The position numbers were made by a program, and so were the translations under genes. Below are positions 25,128 to 38,287 of a DNA stretch of 56,543 nucleotides, one piece after another (position 1 is the first letter of the stretch; every line of letters begins with the position of its first letter). The stretch spans positions 1 to 56,543 of the forward strand of contig OZ287713.1 of NCBI GenBank assembly GCA_965649825.1. The letters are read 5' to 3'. The notes under the pieces were generated by a model. That model made no database searches. It had not been told where the DNA came from and saw only the letters and a list, made by a program, of their open reading frames with translations. The stretch is from Penicillus capitatus. Lineage: Eukaryota; Plantae; Chlorophyta.

Positions 25128-26699
25128 GGTGACGACGGGAACGCCGCTGTTAATATTGAGTGTTATCGCACGTTATCCAATTTAATCGAACGTGGCAAAG
25201 AACTTTGACCAGATTTAAAAAGCAGTCGAATGTTGAACCTGTGTTGGCTTTTTAATTCTTCAGGCCACTTATTTGAGTCTTAGCTGACCTTGACCCGCAT
25301 TCAGCTGAATGGATCCCGAGACCAGTGACGGCGGTCTTCCCTGTTCTTTGCTCCAACTTTCCCTTTGTCAGGCGTTCACAATCCGTTAGTTCTTTAACCA
25401 CGAAAACTCCTCTCTGATGAGCTGTAGACGACGGTTTCTATTGGCAGACTTGGCTTGCGCTGTGATGTTTCGGAATCTTGTGATCCATCCGCCTCGTTGC
25501 GGCTCTTGTGGTCTAGCTGGTGAGCACAAAAATATTCCGAAGAGGAATGGATTTAAAGGCCACCAAGGAGCCCAATGAGTTACTCAAGCGGTAGTGCTGA
25601 TTGACCGAGTAATGAATCGGCAACTTGTTGCCGTGTAATAGGACGAATGCTCTAAATGTCAATATCCGGATCCTTGTGGCTACGGATTAGGGGGCCACAT
25701 CCGGGAAAGTCGACGTCGCAAATCTATCGACATGAAGACGCTGAAAGATCAGCGACTTAATGAAACGATGGACGAGTAAAAAGTGAGAGTTTGATAGATA
25801 ACGAAGGACTTATAATTAGCGGGTGCCGTGTTGTACATGCTAGTGGCAAAATTGACTCAGAGTAAAAAAACGCGCATCATTAACACACTTGTCAAATCCA
25901 TCGATCAGAACTGGCAACTCCTTCTTCCGCTTGTCCGTGGCTTAAGGCAATCGGCCCGAAGAAGTCACCGTAGACAATTTTTTCGGCCGGTGTTGTGAAA
26001 TTCTGTCAAATCTCGGATAGACTTACGTGAATAAACAGAATGTCGAATCTGCCGCGCCCCGCTTCGGAGACAATCAGCAGAAGACTTTCAAACTTACAAA
26101 TCGCAGGTGTCTTGACTTCACTGATTTATACGCTAGGTGTAATAAAACTTCACTAGATAGGCAATTCATTCGACTTTCAGAGTCAAAGAAAAAGCTCTGT
26201 AAAGTCGTCAAGCCGTACGAGCACCCTTTGGAAAACAGGACCCCTGAAAAACAAGGCAGTCCTTAGGCAGATACGATGTGATAACCCAAAGTAATGACAA
26301 TCCTTAGAGCGAGAGCGTGAAAGATGACTAATTGTACATGCTTGTGGTCTTTGTTCTGTTGCAGCGTTTGAAGTATTTTCTGATAGTTTAGGTTGTCTGG
26401 TTTCATCTTCTGTTCCGCGAAGGACATTCGTGAGCATCCGCCTCAACTCCACCGAAGCTAACAGAAATTGGACTGCTAAAAGTAGAAAATTGTATCGCAA
26501 CAGAAATCGACGCTTTAAAAATATGTCGCGTTAGTGTAAACGAACGTACACGATTGTAACGTCAAGGTAAAGCCACAACACATGAGATTATAAAAGACAA
26601 TGTATCAACAAAAGTCTCGTTTAAATACTGGGGTGATGGAAGAACCCAAAAGGGGAACAGCTAACCTCATGAGACAACGAAACTACTAGCTGTCCTCAT

Positions 26700-28790
26700 C
26701 GACACGTAAACAAAGTCATTAGCCCCCAGTTATTAAGAAGATGTGACAGTCAATACAAACGACCGCGACCGAGACGCGGACTAGCAAGCATGCCACAGCT
26801 GCCAAACTCCGTTCTGGGGTAATCGCAGATCTGCACCTGGATCCCCTCGAACTTGACGCTTCCTCTTCCTCGACCGCTGAGATGGGAACTTGATGATCAT
26901 TACTCACCACTACACCCCTCATCACGGCGCGGTCGCCTGCATCGAAAAAGGCATATACGTCCCCCGTCAGTTGACCGGTGTTGGCGCGTTCAATGCGTTT
27001 CGATCTCGAGTCACCGAGAGGAAAGGCGCGCGTTGCTAACGTTACGCTTTACAGGAAGCTCAAGGCCCTACGCCAGTCAAACACATTGGAAGAGACAATG
27101 CGCCTCTTTTATGTCGATTTGATCATTAAGATAGAAAAAGAGGTCGTCGACCATTGCAAGACAAACAAATGACATCGTCAACAAACGCGATAGAGTCTTC
27201 ATACACTGCTCGAATCTCAGCACCGGTTCGTAGATGGCTCTATCCTGTTCGATTGACTCTGCAGAGAATGTCCATAGGGTTCGCGCGCGTCGGAAGGTCG
27301 TGCGGCTTGACTCTGTATTCCTGGTCGATGTCCATTTCTGCCCCTGGCTGGATTTCGCCGACCGGGAACGTTTCGATCTTCTCCTCGATGTCTGTTGGAT
27401 ATTCTGTTGGAGTTGGAGTCCTTGAGGGCGCTTTAGAGCGTCTCTCTGACTAGGCAAACAGTCGGTATTGTTAAAGTAGGTATGGCGGTTGGGCTTATTT
27501 GCCTTAGTGGAGAAACCCCACGACAATGGGAGAAGCAGATTTCACCGCTCGGCGGTTTTCCGAGACTGTGACGTAACACGTATCCCTATCTTGCCGAATC
27601 TGAGAAACAAATTCTGTCGTGGCCTCCACGGTATTATCGTATGCTTTCTCGACAGCGCAACACGCGATGGATTTCGGACATTCCTCGACACGACTAGCCG
27701 CTGCATGTGTCGTGTACTGACGAGCAGCAACGTCTCGACACGGCTAACTTGCCCTACGGTGTATGCAGGTTTACTTATCTGACGACACCGACTGTGCTGC
27801 CAGGATCGCCGGAAATCGATTCGGCGACCATCTTTGCCGCCCAGCGCGCACGATAACTGGTTTCCCGGGGATCTCGATTTTGACGCAGAACTCCGTCGGC
27901 GATTATTGCTCCGCCAGAGGTTTGGCGCCACGTGCCGATCGCAATGCCCCGATTGTCTCGCCTCGTGGTCCAATGACCCTTCAGATGATGCCTCAAGGAC
28001 AATCCGTTTACATCACTTCGCTAAGCGCCACAGACGTCGCGTCAAATTCCAGAACCTCTCGGCAAGGTTTTTACTCGGTGTGCTGCCTTAAGGGGTGGAT
28101 CCGAGGTGACAGCCAGCCCTCTTCGCCCCTCCCTGTCCTCGGCGATCGATTCAGAGCTTTGTATCCGTCTCGTCTTGAAGGTACTTTATCGTTTCGCTCC
28201 GTTCTCCAATCCGGCGGACAGCCGACGGCATCGTGGATCGGATGCTCCACTGCGGTTCCCCGCCAACTCCTGTCCGAATTTCGACACTTCACGTGTCGTC
28301 TCAGCAGCAGACAGCTCCTTCTCCGTGCGTCTTCTCGACCGCCGGCGTCAGATCGCGCGCCTGTTGGTTTTGTCCGGCAGACGACTGCGGCCGTGCGGCC
28401 GTGCGAGAAAGGTTCCGAGAAGAACCTGAGCCAGACAGATCGCGCTGAATGACGGAGAGCGAAGAGCGTCGAGAGATTACCGTGTCGAGCGAACAATGAA
28501 GGGAGCTGTCTGTTGACAAAAAGGATCGTCGGACAGCGTCGAACGTTCGACAGACGGACGACGCGACTCGCGCTGAACAGATGGCCCTAATGATCGCATC
28601 AGCGACAACCGGGACCTCTGCACGACACAGACGTCTGGCAAGGCGCACGCTTTCTAACAGCCTCTCGCTCTTTCTGTTTTCCAATGCTACTAGATTGTGT
28701 AGCAGTAAGCGTGAAATGCAAACGCACACTAGGCGGGGGCGGATCATCAGATCCTCGTGTTTGCTACTGCGAACAGAAGTGCCTCTCACT
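26700..28790 (-). CDS. Probable spliced gene of unknown function
   Basis: Several coding-like minus-strand exons (IEEKIETFPVGEIQPGAEMDIDQEYRVKPHDLP; GRGSVKFEGIQVQICDYPRTEF). Structure not resolved. Confidence 0.3.
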
Positions 28791-28826
28791 CCTCGCACGC
28801 TTCTCTGTCAAGGCGATGACGGTCAT

Positions 28827-31049
28827 TTAGATGCCTACGATATCTACTCGACACTGGTTGGCCAGATCGACCGTCTCTGCGGTTCCTTCTCGAAAGACGT
28901 TCAGCGCGGCATACGTGCCTCCGCTGCTCCCCTTGACTGCGCGGCCTGGATTGAGACAGAGACAGAGGCTGCCCAACAGATGTCCCCCTTCCGAATGCGC
29001 CGACGTCTCTTCCGTGTCCGGCGACAGGAACTTCGCATAGCTGACCAGATCTGAAGGAGCGATCAGCACGTCCAGCTGAGACGTCATACGAAGCCTGTCG
29101 CCGTACGATGTATCCAGACATGCGCCCAAGACAGGAGGAAACAGGGGATAAAAACTGCGTAAACGACCACAGTTTCGAGAAACGCCAATCCCAGAGAGCA
29201 GCACCTTCTTTGCCCGAGAACGTGGCGGAAGAGACTGTCCATGCGATCTGTTTGATCCCGCTCACAGGTCGACGTACTCAGACTCTTGATCACGTCTTCG
29301 CTGCAGACGCCGAAGACCACTCCGTCTGCACGCATACCACACGCACCCACGTCAGTTCATCTCGTTCCACGCGGAAGTTCGGAGGACTGTAGACGAAAGT
29401 TGCGGGATTGGGCAGGGCTGACACGTTTCTCCTGGTGCTGCTCTTGAAGAGGGGGGAGGGAAACGGAGGCTGCGGGAAGACGGGCTTGTGCTGCACATCT
29501 CTGACGGACGGAATCAACATGAGCCGGCGGCAGTTCGTCTCGATCTTGTAGAGGAGAGGCTCGACCTGCTGTTGGTAGAGTCGCTGAAACGAGCGCGTGA
29601 CTCTTCCGGAGGAGACGACGGGATGCTTCTCGTCCAGGAACGGTCCCGTGAGGATGACCAGATCGAAGGCAGAGCTCGCGACGAGGGAGGCAATCTCCTT
29701 CAGCGCCTCGTAGCTCAGATCTTCCGAACTCGAGTAGGGTCCGGCGGCGACGAAGACGGAGAACGATCCCCCTGAGTCGTCCTCCATTCGATCGGATGGT
29801 GGTCCGTGCAGCGGTCTCGGTATGTGAGCGATCACTTCGACGACTCTGAGGTGATCCCCTGGAGCAATGGATGTCAGTCGCATCACAGTGGGAAGAGATT
29901 GGAAGAGATGCCTCTGGGATTCGTCGCCTTGACGGCGATGATCTGCCCCGGGAAGAGACTGTACCGGCCGATCCCTCCGACGTCTGCCTGCACGGCCTTT
30001 GCCACCGCAAACGTTCGACTTCCCAGCAGTTTGATCGAGGCTGGATTCAGACGACCGTCGCCGTCGCAGCACACCATGCCGCACATCCAGACCGGTTCCT
30101 GATTTGCACACGGGATCCGAATCCGAAGAGCACAGACGCCGCGACAGAGGGAGGCACCTGAACAGCGTCGTGCACCGGATGCGTGACGTCGATCTGGTAG
30201 TAATCTTCCACGGCTCGTCTGAAGCGGACAATCCTGTCTTCGATGTACGCGATCTGCCGTGAGATCGTGACGTGAGTGCTTTGACGCCGTTCATGCTTCT
30301 CACCTTTTCCTTGATGGTGTCCTTCATGAAACGACAGACCCGAGGGTACGGCGCGCCCCATACCTCCATCCTCTCGACGGCCAACTCAGTCTGCGGAACA
30401 CAGGATCTTCTCCGTCTTTCTCGTTCTGATCGACGGCGCGAGACCTTGTTTCGAGTGCGGTGCAGACAGGGCAGGTGATCGTTCAACGCCCGGAATGCCA
30501 TGCCCTTCTGCGCAGCAGACAGATCGTTGGCCTCTCCTTTCTCGATATCTTACTCATGCCACACCTTCTTCCGAGCCGTGAAGGATTTTCCCGCCGTCAG
30601 GTAAGGTGCGTCGTCTTCGATTGCTGGGACGGGTGGAGGTGGTGTCTGTCTCTCGTCTGGCACCAGTGCCGTCTCCTCCGTCGCCTTCACCGGCGTCGCT
30701 GATCTCGACGTCACATCACCGTCACTCTTTTCTCCCTTGCACACCTCAGAGAGATCCGTCACACTCGCCCTCTTGCGCATCGCCTTCTTGAGGTACACAG
30801 CAAACTTCCGCAACGTCGTCACCGTCACCGTCGACTCCAGCTTCCTACGGATTATCCAAATGGCGCGGAGAGCGAAGGAATGTCGCGGCACCTCTCGAGC
30901 GCAAACAGTTCGTAGCACTCGGAGATCTCCACTGCCGTTAACGCATACTCTTTGAGCAGCTGGAGGCACTGCTGGAAAGCCTCGTCGTTTTGGAAGGTGA
31001 AAAGTCCATCGGCAAACGCCTGTCCGATCGCGGAACCTGCAGCGTCCAT
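28827..31049 (-). CDS. POLA2: DNA polymerase alpha subunit B (multi-exon)
   Basis: FVAAGPYSSSEDLSYEAL, VILTGPFLDEKHP, LIPSVRDVQHKPVFPQPPF, LPNPATF, CLNPGRAVKGSSGGTYA. Confidence 0.88.
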
Positions 31050-31215
31050 CGCGTCAAAGGCGTCAGCGTGGCGAAGCGGTCCAAGGTCGACGTCACGTCG
31101 CTTCAGTTTGAGGTCTGAAGGTGGAATGGCCGCCACCTCTTGTCTCCGACGCAACGCCGCACATGCGCTGACGCGTTTTCTGAGCAGTTCTCACTGGACA
31201 ACATTCACGCGCGCC

Positions 31216-32664
31216 ATGTCGACAGACTTGCCAGAACTCGAAGTCTCGCTCACCCTCTCCCGTCCACTTTCTTCCAGAGACGTGATCGGGCATTCTTTGT
31301 CAGGTGCACAACCCTGAAGGGTCGAAGCGCGTGCTCGTGACAAAGGCGTTGCCTGGGAGTCGCTGGTTGGAGTGTTTGACGACGACGGGCTGTCGAGTGG
31401 AGGTCTGCTCGAGATCGACGGACATTCTGCCGAAGGAAACCATCAAACGACTCATCGGCCGTCAGTGCGATGGCGTCATCGGACAGCTCACAGAGGTGTG
31501 GACGGACGGACGTCCATCTATCTGTCTGGACGGACATAACTCGAGGTGTCAGAAAATAGGAGTGGGGAGAGGAGCTCTTTTCTGCTCTTAAGGAGGCAGG
31601 GGGGACTGCCTACAGCAACTATGCCGTGGGGTACAACAATGTCGACGTGACTGCCGCTACAAAGCAGGGCATTCCAGTCGGCAACACTCCTGGTAGAGAA
31701 AAGAGTTTTCGTGCGAGACTGGCGGCGAGGTCGGATGCTGTGAAGGTGTACTGACGGAGACGACGGCAGAATTGGCATTGGCTTTGACGTTCGCCGTCGC
31801 ACGTCGCGTCGTGGAGTCCGACAGGTTCATGAGAGGAGGACAGTACCGCGGCTGGTTACCGAATCTCTTCGTCGGAAATCTCCTCCAAGTACAAGGGCTG
31901 GCCGATCTGATCGGCGCCTGAGATGAGATGGTGTGTCTGTTCAGGGTAAGACCGTGGGCGTGATCGGCGCGGGGAGAATCGGAACGGCCTATGCTCGGAT
32001 GATGGTGGAGGGACACAAAATGCACCTCGTCTACTACGATCCCTATCCCAACACCAAACTTCAGTCCTACATCGAGGCCTACAGTCAGCTGCTGACCTCT
32101 CATGGAGAAGCCCCTGTGACATGCACTCGACTGGAAACGGTAGAAGACGTCCTCAAAGCCGCAGACGTATCGTTGGGGTCTCCCTTGCAGTGCGGATCTC
32201 AGTCGATGATGCCGTAGGTCGTCAGTCTGCATTGCAATTTGGATGCCGGAACGCATCACCTCATCAACGCCGAACGTCTGAATATGATGAAAGAAAATGC
32301 GATGATCATCAATGCCGCTCGAGGACCGGTGGTCGACGAAGTCGCTCTTGTGAACCATCTCCAGCAGCATCCCCAGTTCGGTGCCGGATTGGATGTCTTT
32401 GAAGATGAACCCCTCATGAAGCCAGGACTTGCCGAGTGCGATAACGCCGTCATCGTGCCACACATCGCTTCGGCATCCCAATGGACTCGAGGTGGGATGG
32501 CGACTCTGGCAGCCTGTAACGTGGCAGCACGACTACAAGGCCTTCCTGCCTGGAACAGACCAGATATCTCTGCCTTTGTGGACGGCCCTTTTGATCAGAT
32601 CCCGAAATCCTCGCCCAGTATTGTCAACGCCAAAGATCTGAGCATTGCGACGGTGGATGATTGA
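31216..32664 (+). CDS. HPR: Plant-type hydroxypyruvate reductase (glycerate dehydrogenase), multi-exon
   Basis: MSTDLPELE|VHNPEGSKRVLVTKALPG, YAVGYNNVDV, VGNTPG|VLTETTAE, GKTVGVIGAGRIG, AGLDVFEDEP, VPHIASAS. Confidence 0.93.
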
Positions 32665-32849
32665 CGCGACAGGCAGATGTCCTGCCTATTCCTTCGTGGG
32701 TTTTGTCGACCGCAGTGTCGGATGCATTCTTTTTGATGGACGCCATTTGTGGCAGATGCCGCTGTCCCATCGTGCGACCCGTCGGCGGCAGCGATTCGTG
32801 CGTGACTGCATTTTCCCACCACTGAAGTTCGACCGGTTGGCGTGTCATC

Positions 32850-34146
32850 ATGACGGGCACCTCTTTTCTCTTCACATCGGAGTCGGTGAACGAAGGCCAT
32901 CCCGACAAAATCTGCGACCAGGTATGGGTTACGCCTCTGTGTCGGCGGGTCTCTGTTTGACAGCCGGCGTTTGACGAAGGTCTCCGACGCCATCCTTGAC
33001 GCCTGTTTCGAAGGCGATCCCTCCTCGAAAGTGGCCTGCGAGACGGCGACGAAGACGGACATGGTGATGGTTTTCGGCGAGATCACGACAAAAGCGAAAG
33101 TCGACTACGAGGCAATCGTGCGAAAGACATGCCGCGAGATCGGTTTCACATCGGACGACGTTGGCCTCAACGCCGACACTTGCAAAGTGGTGGTGCACAT
33201 CGAAGAGCAGTCACCCGACATCGGCCAAGGCGTCCATGGACTCGGCACCAAGACATTGGAAGAGATCGGCGCCGGCGACCAAGGCATCATGTTTGGCTAC
33301 GCGACAGACGAGACGCCCGAGCTGATGCCACTGACACACGTGCTGGCGACGCAACTGGGCTACCGTCTGACAGAAGTGCGCAAGAATGGGACCTGTCCTT
33401 GGCTGCGTCCGGATGGCAAGACGCAAGTGACGGTGGAGTATAAACAAGAGAACGGGGCCATGGTGCCCAGACGCGTTCACACCATCCTGATCTCGACACA
33501 GCACGACGAGAGTGTGACCAACAAGGAGATTCACGCGGATCTGATGAAGCATGTGATCACACCTGTCGTTCCGAAAGACTACATCGACGACGACACGATC
33601 TTTCATTTGAATCCCTCCGGGAGGTTTGTCATCGGCGGACCGCACGGCGATGCCGGTTTGACCGGGAGGAAGATCATTATTGATACGTATGGCGGATGGG
33701 GAGCGCACGGAGGAGGTGCCTTCTCTGGCAAAGATCCGACAAAGGTGATGTGACTTCTGAGTGATGTGACAGCGATGAGTGTGGTGTTGCGACAGGTCGA
33801 TCGTTCTGGCGCGTACATCGCGCGTCAGGCGGCGAAGTCAGTCGTGGCTGGCGGATTTGCGAAACGTTGTTTGATTCAAGTGTCTTATGCGATTGGCGTT
33901 CCGGAGCCTCTCTCTGTTTTTGTGGATACCTACGCCACAGGCACTATTCCGGATGCCGAGATTCTGGCAAAGGTGATCAATACCTTCGATTTTAGACCGG
34001 GTATGATCGGCAAGAATCTGGATCTCTTCAAACCGAGATACAGAAAAACGGCTGCCTATGGACACTTTGGTCGCGACGACCCAGATTTTACATGGGAGGT
34101 CGTTAAGGAACTGAACGATTCCAAAAACGCAAAAGATTCTGCTTAA
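32850..34146 (+). CDS. MAT: S-adenosylmethionine synthetase, green-algal type; introns 32,922-32,979 and 33,745-33,795
   Basis: [36 protein letters not shown]|[17 protein letters not shown]. Confidence 0.97.
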
Positions 34147-34462
34147 CCACGATCCATCCATCACTGTCATCGCTGCATGTCTACTCCTCTTTTTAGAAAC
34201 GATTTTTTGGACCCTTTGCAGTGGACAACGACAGAATTGGACCTGATTAAAATTGTTTCATGTTTCATGGAAGAGTCATTGGTTGTTTGTTGTCATTGCT
34301 TTATGACCAATCGATCGATCACGCGACAACGGGCCGAATCCTTACAGTCGCGTGCCTCTTCGATGTTTCTTGAAGAATGTGGAGCAGCCGCGCTTTCGTG
34401 TGTCATGCGTCTTTCTGCAGCCCATCTTCGTCTTTCAGTTGTTCACGTCCGAGGAGAAGTGT

Positions 34463-36752
34463 TTACTCTTTTGGAGGCTCTTCGCTGATGTGACTTGCTC
34501 CGAGCTGTTCGACATCTCGGCAAAGATCGTTGTTCGTTTCGGAATGCACACTGCGTACGATGACGATGGAGGGAGATCCGGAGTAATCGCCACTGACAAT
34601 GGCATTAGAGATCGCATCGTCCCCTTCATTCCACAACACTTCATCACTATTCGCTGCCAGACATGAGCACGACCAATGTCCCAATCACCAAGCGTGAGTT
34701 TGGCAGATTCGTGAACAGGTATCGTTGTTCGTGCACTCCCTGCCGAAGGGCGAGACCCGTCGCCGTGGTCTGCAGCAATGGACAATGGCATCTCTGGAGC
34801 CAGAGAACTGTTCTGTGTCATCCATGGATGTGCCAAGATCTCTTCCATTGTGATACGCGCCTCTGGATCCTTCTTCAACATACGTTCCAGGAGATTCCGA
34901 CCGAGACCACTCAGATCGCTAGGCAGAGGTGGCAACGGATCACTGAACAAAACAGACTGATAGAGAGATCAATAGGATCGATCCTGGGAAGAGAGCAGGT
35001 GTGGATTACGTTTGAATCGCTCGGAAGAGGGATGCCGTGGAGTTGCCTTTGAAGGGCGTTCGACCAGTCAGCAGCTCGTGGAGAACGACACCCATGCTCC
35101 AGATATCGGCAATGGCTCCATCAAATTCACTCGAAGAAATCAACTCCGGTGCGAGGAACTCAGGAGTGCCACGGACACTCGACAGACTGCCACATGGGGC
35201 AGTGATGGCGGACAGACCAAAATCGGCAACCTGAACGCGACCGTGAGCATCGAGAAGAATGTTCTCTGGCTTCAGATCCCGATGGATGACCCGTCTGCAT
35301 TGGCGCATCTCTCGGTAAGGGTGCAGCCATGGATGGCATACAGGCATCACCTTCGATGACAGTAAGAGACAGCTGCAGCGATTTGGCGAAAGATTTCTTT
35401 GGCCTCTTCCTCTGGCAGCAGAGACGGGTCTCTGGATCGCACGTGTTGTGCCTGTAGGCAAAGGCGTTTCATGAGAATGAAAAGACAGGCTGGATGGAAG
35501 CACAAGAGAGCCGCCAGAGGCAAAATCCATGACAAAGTAGAAGACGTGGTCTTCGAAAAGGACTTCGCGCAGATTGACAATATTCTCGTGTTTGACACTG
35601 GACAGCGCCCTGATCTCATCCTGGATCAGTTCGATCTCGGCGATGCTACGGAACTTCGTTGCATCGACCACTTTGACAGCCACGATCTCATCTAATGCAC
35701 GCAAACAAGGAGATCCAGTACAAACAGAAATGGGCCTTCTTGTTGGATCGCCCACCGCTTGCAAGGGACTTTGCGATACGGACGATTCCACTGGCACCGC
35801 TGCCGATGGATCGACCAAGGACATAGTTTCCCAGCTGATCAGGCTGCGCAACCGTGACATCGATGACGACTCGAAGACACTGATGGACGAAGGAGCCGGT
35901 CGACGCCGAGCAAAGAGGAAAAGTGAAGACGAGCGCTTCGAAGGGATGACCATCTTTCTTGTACAGCAGCATTGGTCTCCACGACATCGCGAGCACTTCT
36001 CTGCTTGAACGCAAAGACTTCCAATTGTCTTTTTCTCGAAGTGGACCACAGAGGTCCAGAAAAGATGATCGATAGACATCGTTGTGATCAAATCCTGTTA
36101 GCTCTGCAAAACCTGCACTGGCTGACAGAATGATGCTATCGGATGCCGTCTCCTCTGTCAGTAGTGAGCACCGGAAGTGATGCTGTACCTATGCGCACAT
36201 ACACACATCTTCAGCACAAAGGCATCGATCTTCCCTGCTGAGTGTTAGCATACCTGCGAGGATATTCTCTCCAGAAGCGCGTCCGCAGAGGATTCCGTTT
36301 CGCTCACGGTGCTGATCCTTCCAAGGTACTTCAAGGTGTGTCGGCTGTGGTCGAATATAGGAACCAGGTTCACGACTCTCTCTTCGGAAGGGTTGCTCCC
36401 CTTCACGATGTTCAGGATTCGAGCAATGGCTCTGCGTTCCTGCAATGCTTCCAGCATCTCTTCAATGGCTGAGCCGCGTCTATTCATATCCTGTATCGAT
36501 GTTCACCGACTGGATTCTTCTCGGCGGGATCTTTACCACAAAACAGTTCCAGCTTTCTCCGATGACGTCTTTTCGTTTCCTCTCCACTGCATGGAGAAAT
36601 CCGTTCGATGCAGATTCGATTGGATAGCCATCCTCCTGGGGATTCAGTACAAATGAACATTTCACAATGCAGAGCGCTTCCTCTTTCTTCGCGGCATCCT
36701 TGCACAACACCTCTTCTGTGGGCAAATGTCCCATCGCGACGGTCAAATCCAT
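34463..36752 (-). CDS. PAS (LOV-like) domain fused to a CAMK/SnRK-type Ser/Thr kinase (multi-exon)
   Basis: N-terminal SFVLNPQEDGYPIESASNGFL...DVIGESWNCFV|...LVPIFDHSRHTLKYLG. Kinase motifs IGSGASGIV, VAVKVV, HRDLKPEN, DFG, GTPEFLAPE, DIWSMG. Ends approximate. Confidence 0.8.
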
Positions 36753-37019
36753 CAAACCGCCACAATGAAATCGGCATTCTGCAGCGACGCATGTGGAAGC
36801 AATGGCCTCTCCTGCCACGCCACGTCGCCCTTCTCGCTTTCGTGCATTTCACGAACGCCCTTCCCTTCCATTGGCGGCGTCAAGATCTCTCCACCTGACC
36901 GGATGCCCGATTCGCATGCAGGATTGGATGGATTGTCTCGACTGGATCGTCGACCAAAATGAAATGCAATTGGATCGATCCATAACGCACGACAGCCTAC
37001 ACGCAACATTCCTTCATCC

Positions 37020-38107
37020 ATGGCCGCCGCCCGCGTCGACCGACGTCGCTGGGGAGATGAAGACCCAGAGGACGAAGACTTTCTCCCTCCGACGGAAGAG
37101 ACCGCCGTCGACGAGCACGGAATCAAACTCAGGATCGAATACTATCGCAACGATAAGGGACAGGCCATCAAGAAGACGACGAAGATTCGTGTCGCCTCTG
37201 TCCAGCAGAAAGTCTATAAGGCAGACAATTCGGGTCCGCCTGTCGGGACACAGACAATGTGAATAGGCGTAGATATCTCAAGTGCGTCGCGACTGGGAGA
37301 AGTTTGGGGCAGCAGCTCGAAGCGCCGAGAGCATGACGGCTGCATCGAATGAAGAGATACCGTTTGAGAACATGCGGACCAAAACCAAAACGATGCAGCA
37401 GAACAGAATCGAAGACATTCAAAAAAGTTTGGAGGACGGAGATAAGAGGACCGTTGTGAAGAAGTGCGACGATCCCTCTGTCTCTTGCCTCTCCGTGCGC
37501 AAGGCGATGGCACTATGCGCAGAATGGAGAACATGTTGCAGCAGAAGAAAGAAGAGCGTCGACTGCAAGACATCCGGCGCACCGGAGCTGACGAACCTGA
37601 GACGCAAGCAGAAGAGCCAGCCAGAGCGGCGAATCCCAACAAGTATGCCTGCTCCGTCTAGGGGATCATCTACTGGATGTGTGCGTGGTCAGGTATGTTC
37701 CACCACGTTTGAGGCCGGATGCTGTGGCAGATGACAAGTATCGACGACCAGGAAACGAAAACTCGGTTCGTGTGACGAACCTGTCAGACGAAGTGGCAGA
37801 AGAGGATCTCCACGTATCACGCTTCTCGGTCGGCATCGCTCCATGTTGCTTGCTCTACAGGATCTCTTCTCTGCGTTTGGCCACATCTCGAGGATCTATT
37901 TGGCCATTGACAAAGAAACAAACCGAAGCCGCGGCTTTGCTTTCATCAATTTCAGCAGAAGGTGATGTGCGATGCCCTACAAGAAAGACCCTGACAGCCA
38001 AGTGGTGCAGAGAGGATGCCGAAAGGGCGATCAAGACGCTGGACGGATATGGCTATTCCAATCTCATTCTGCACTGCGAATGGGCTGCCCCCAAAGAAAG
38101 AAAATGA
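37020..38107 (+). CDS. EIF3G: Translation initiation factor 3 subunit G (multi-exon)
   Basis: RWGDED, GIKLRIEYYRND, WEKFG, KYVPPRLR, RRM SVRVTNLS...RGFAFINF...AIKTLDGYGYSNLILHCEWA. Confidence 0.93.
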
Positions 38108-38287
38108 TCTCCGTCTGTTCTGAAGAAACCTGTCCTGGATACTCCCATAGCCTGCAGCACACAAAGAACAACACCGTTCAGAATTTTCGTTCCTTGATCC
38201 GGATGTTATGGACACGTCAGAATGTCAAAAAACAGTCTAAAATACAACATCATTTGCGTTCTGTACTATAAACAGTTTCGACAGCAG

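Noticed and set aside
31216-34146. HPR-MAT as a photorespiration/one-carbon gene cluster
   Set aside because: It is only two adjacent genes among unrelated neighbours in a compact genome, with no evidence of co-regulation.
34463-36752. Phototropin
   Set aside because: There is only one PAS domain, it lacks GRNCRFLQ, and the kinase is CAMK-like rather than AGC.
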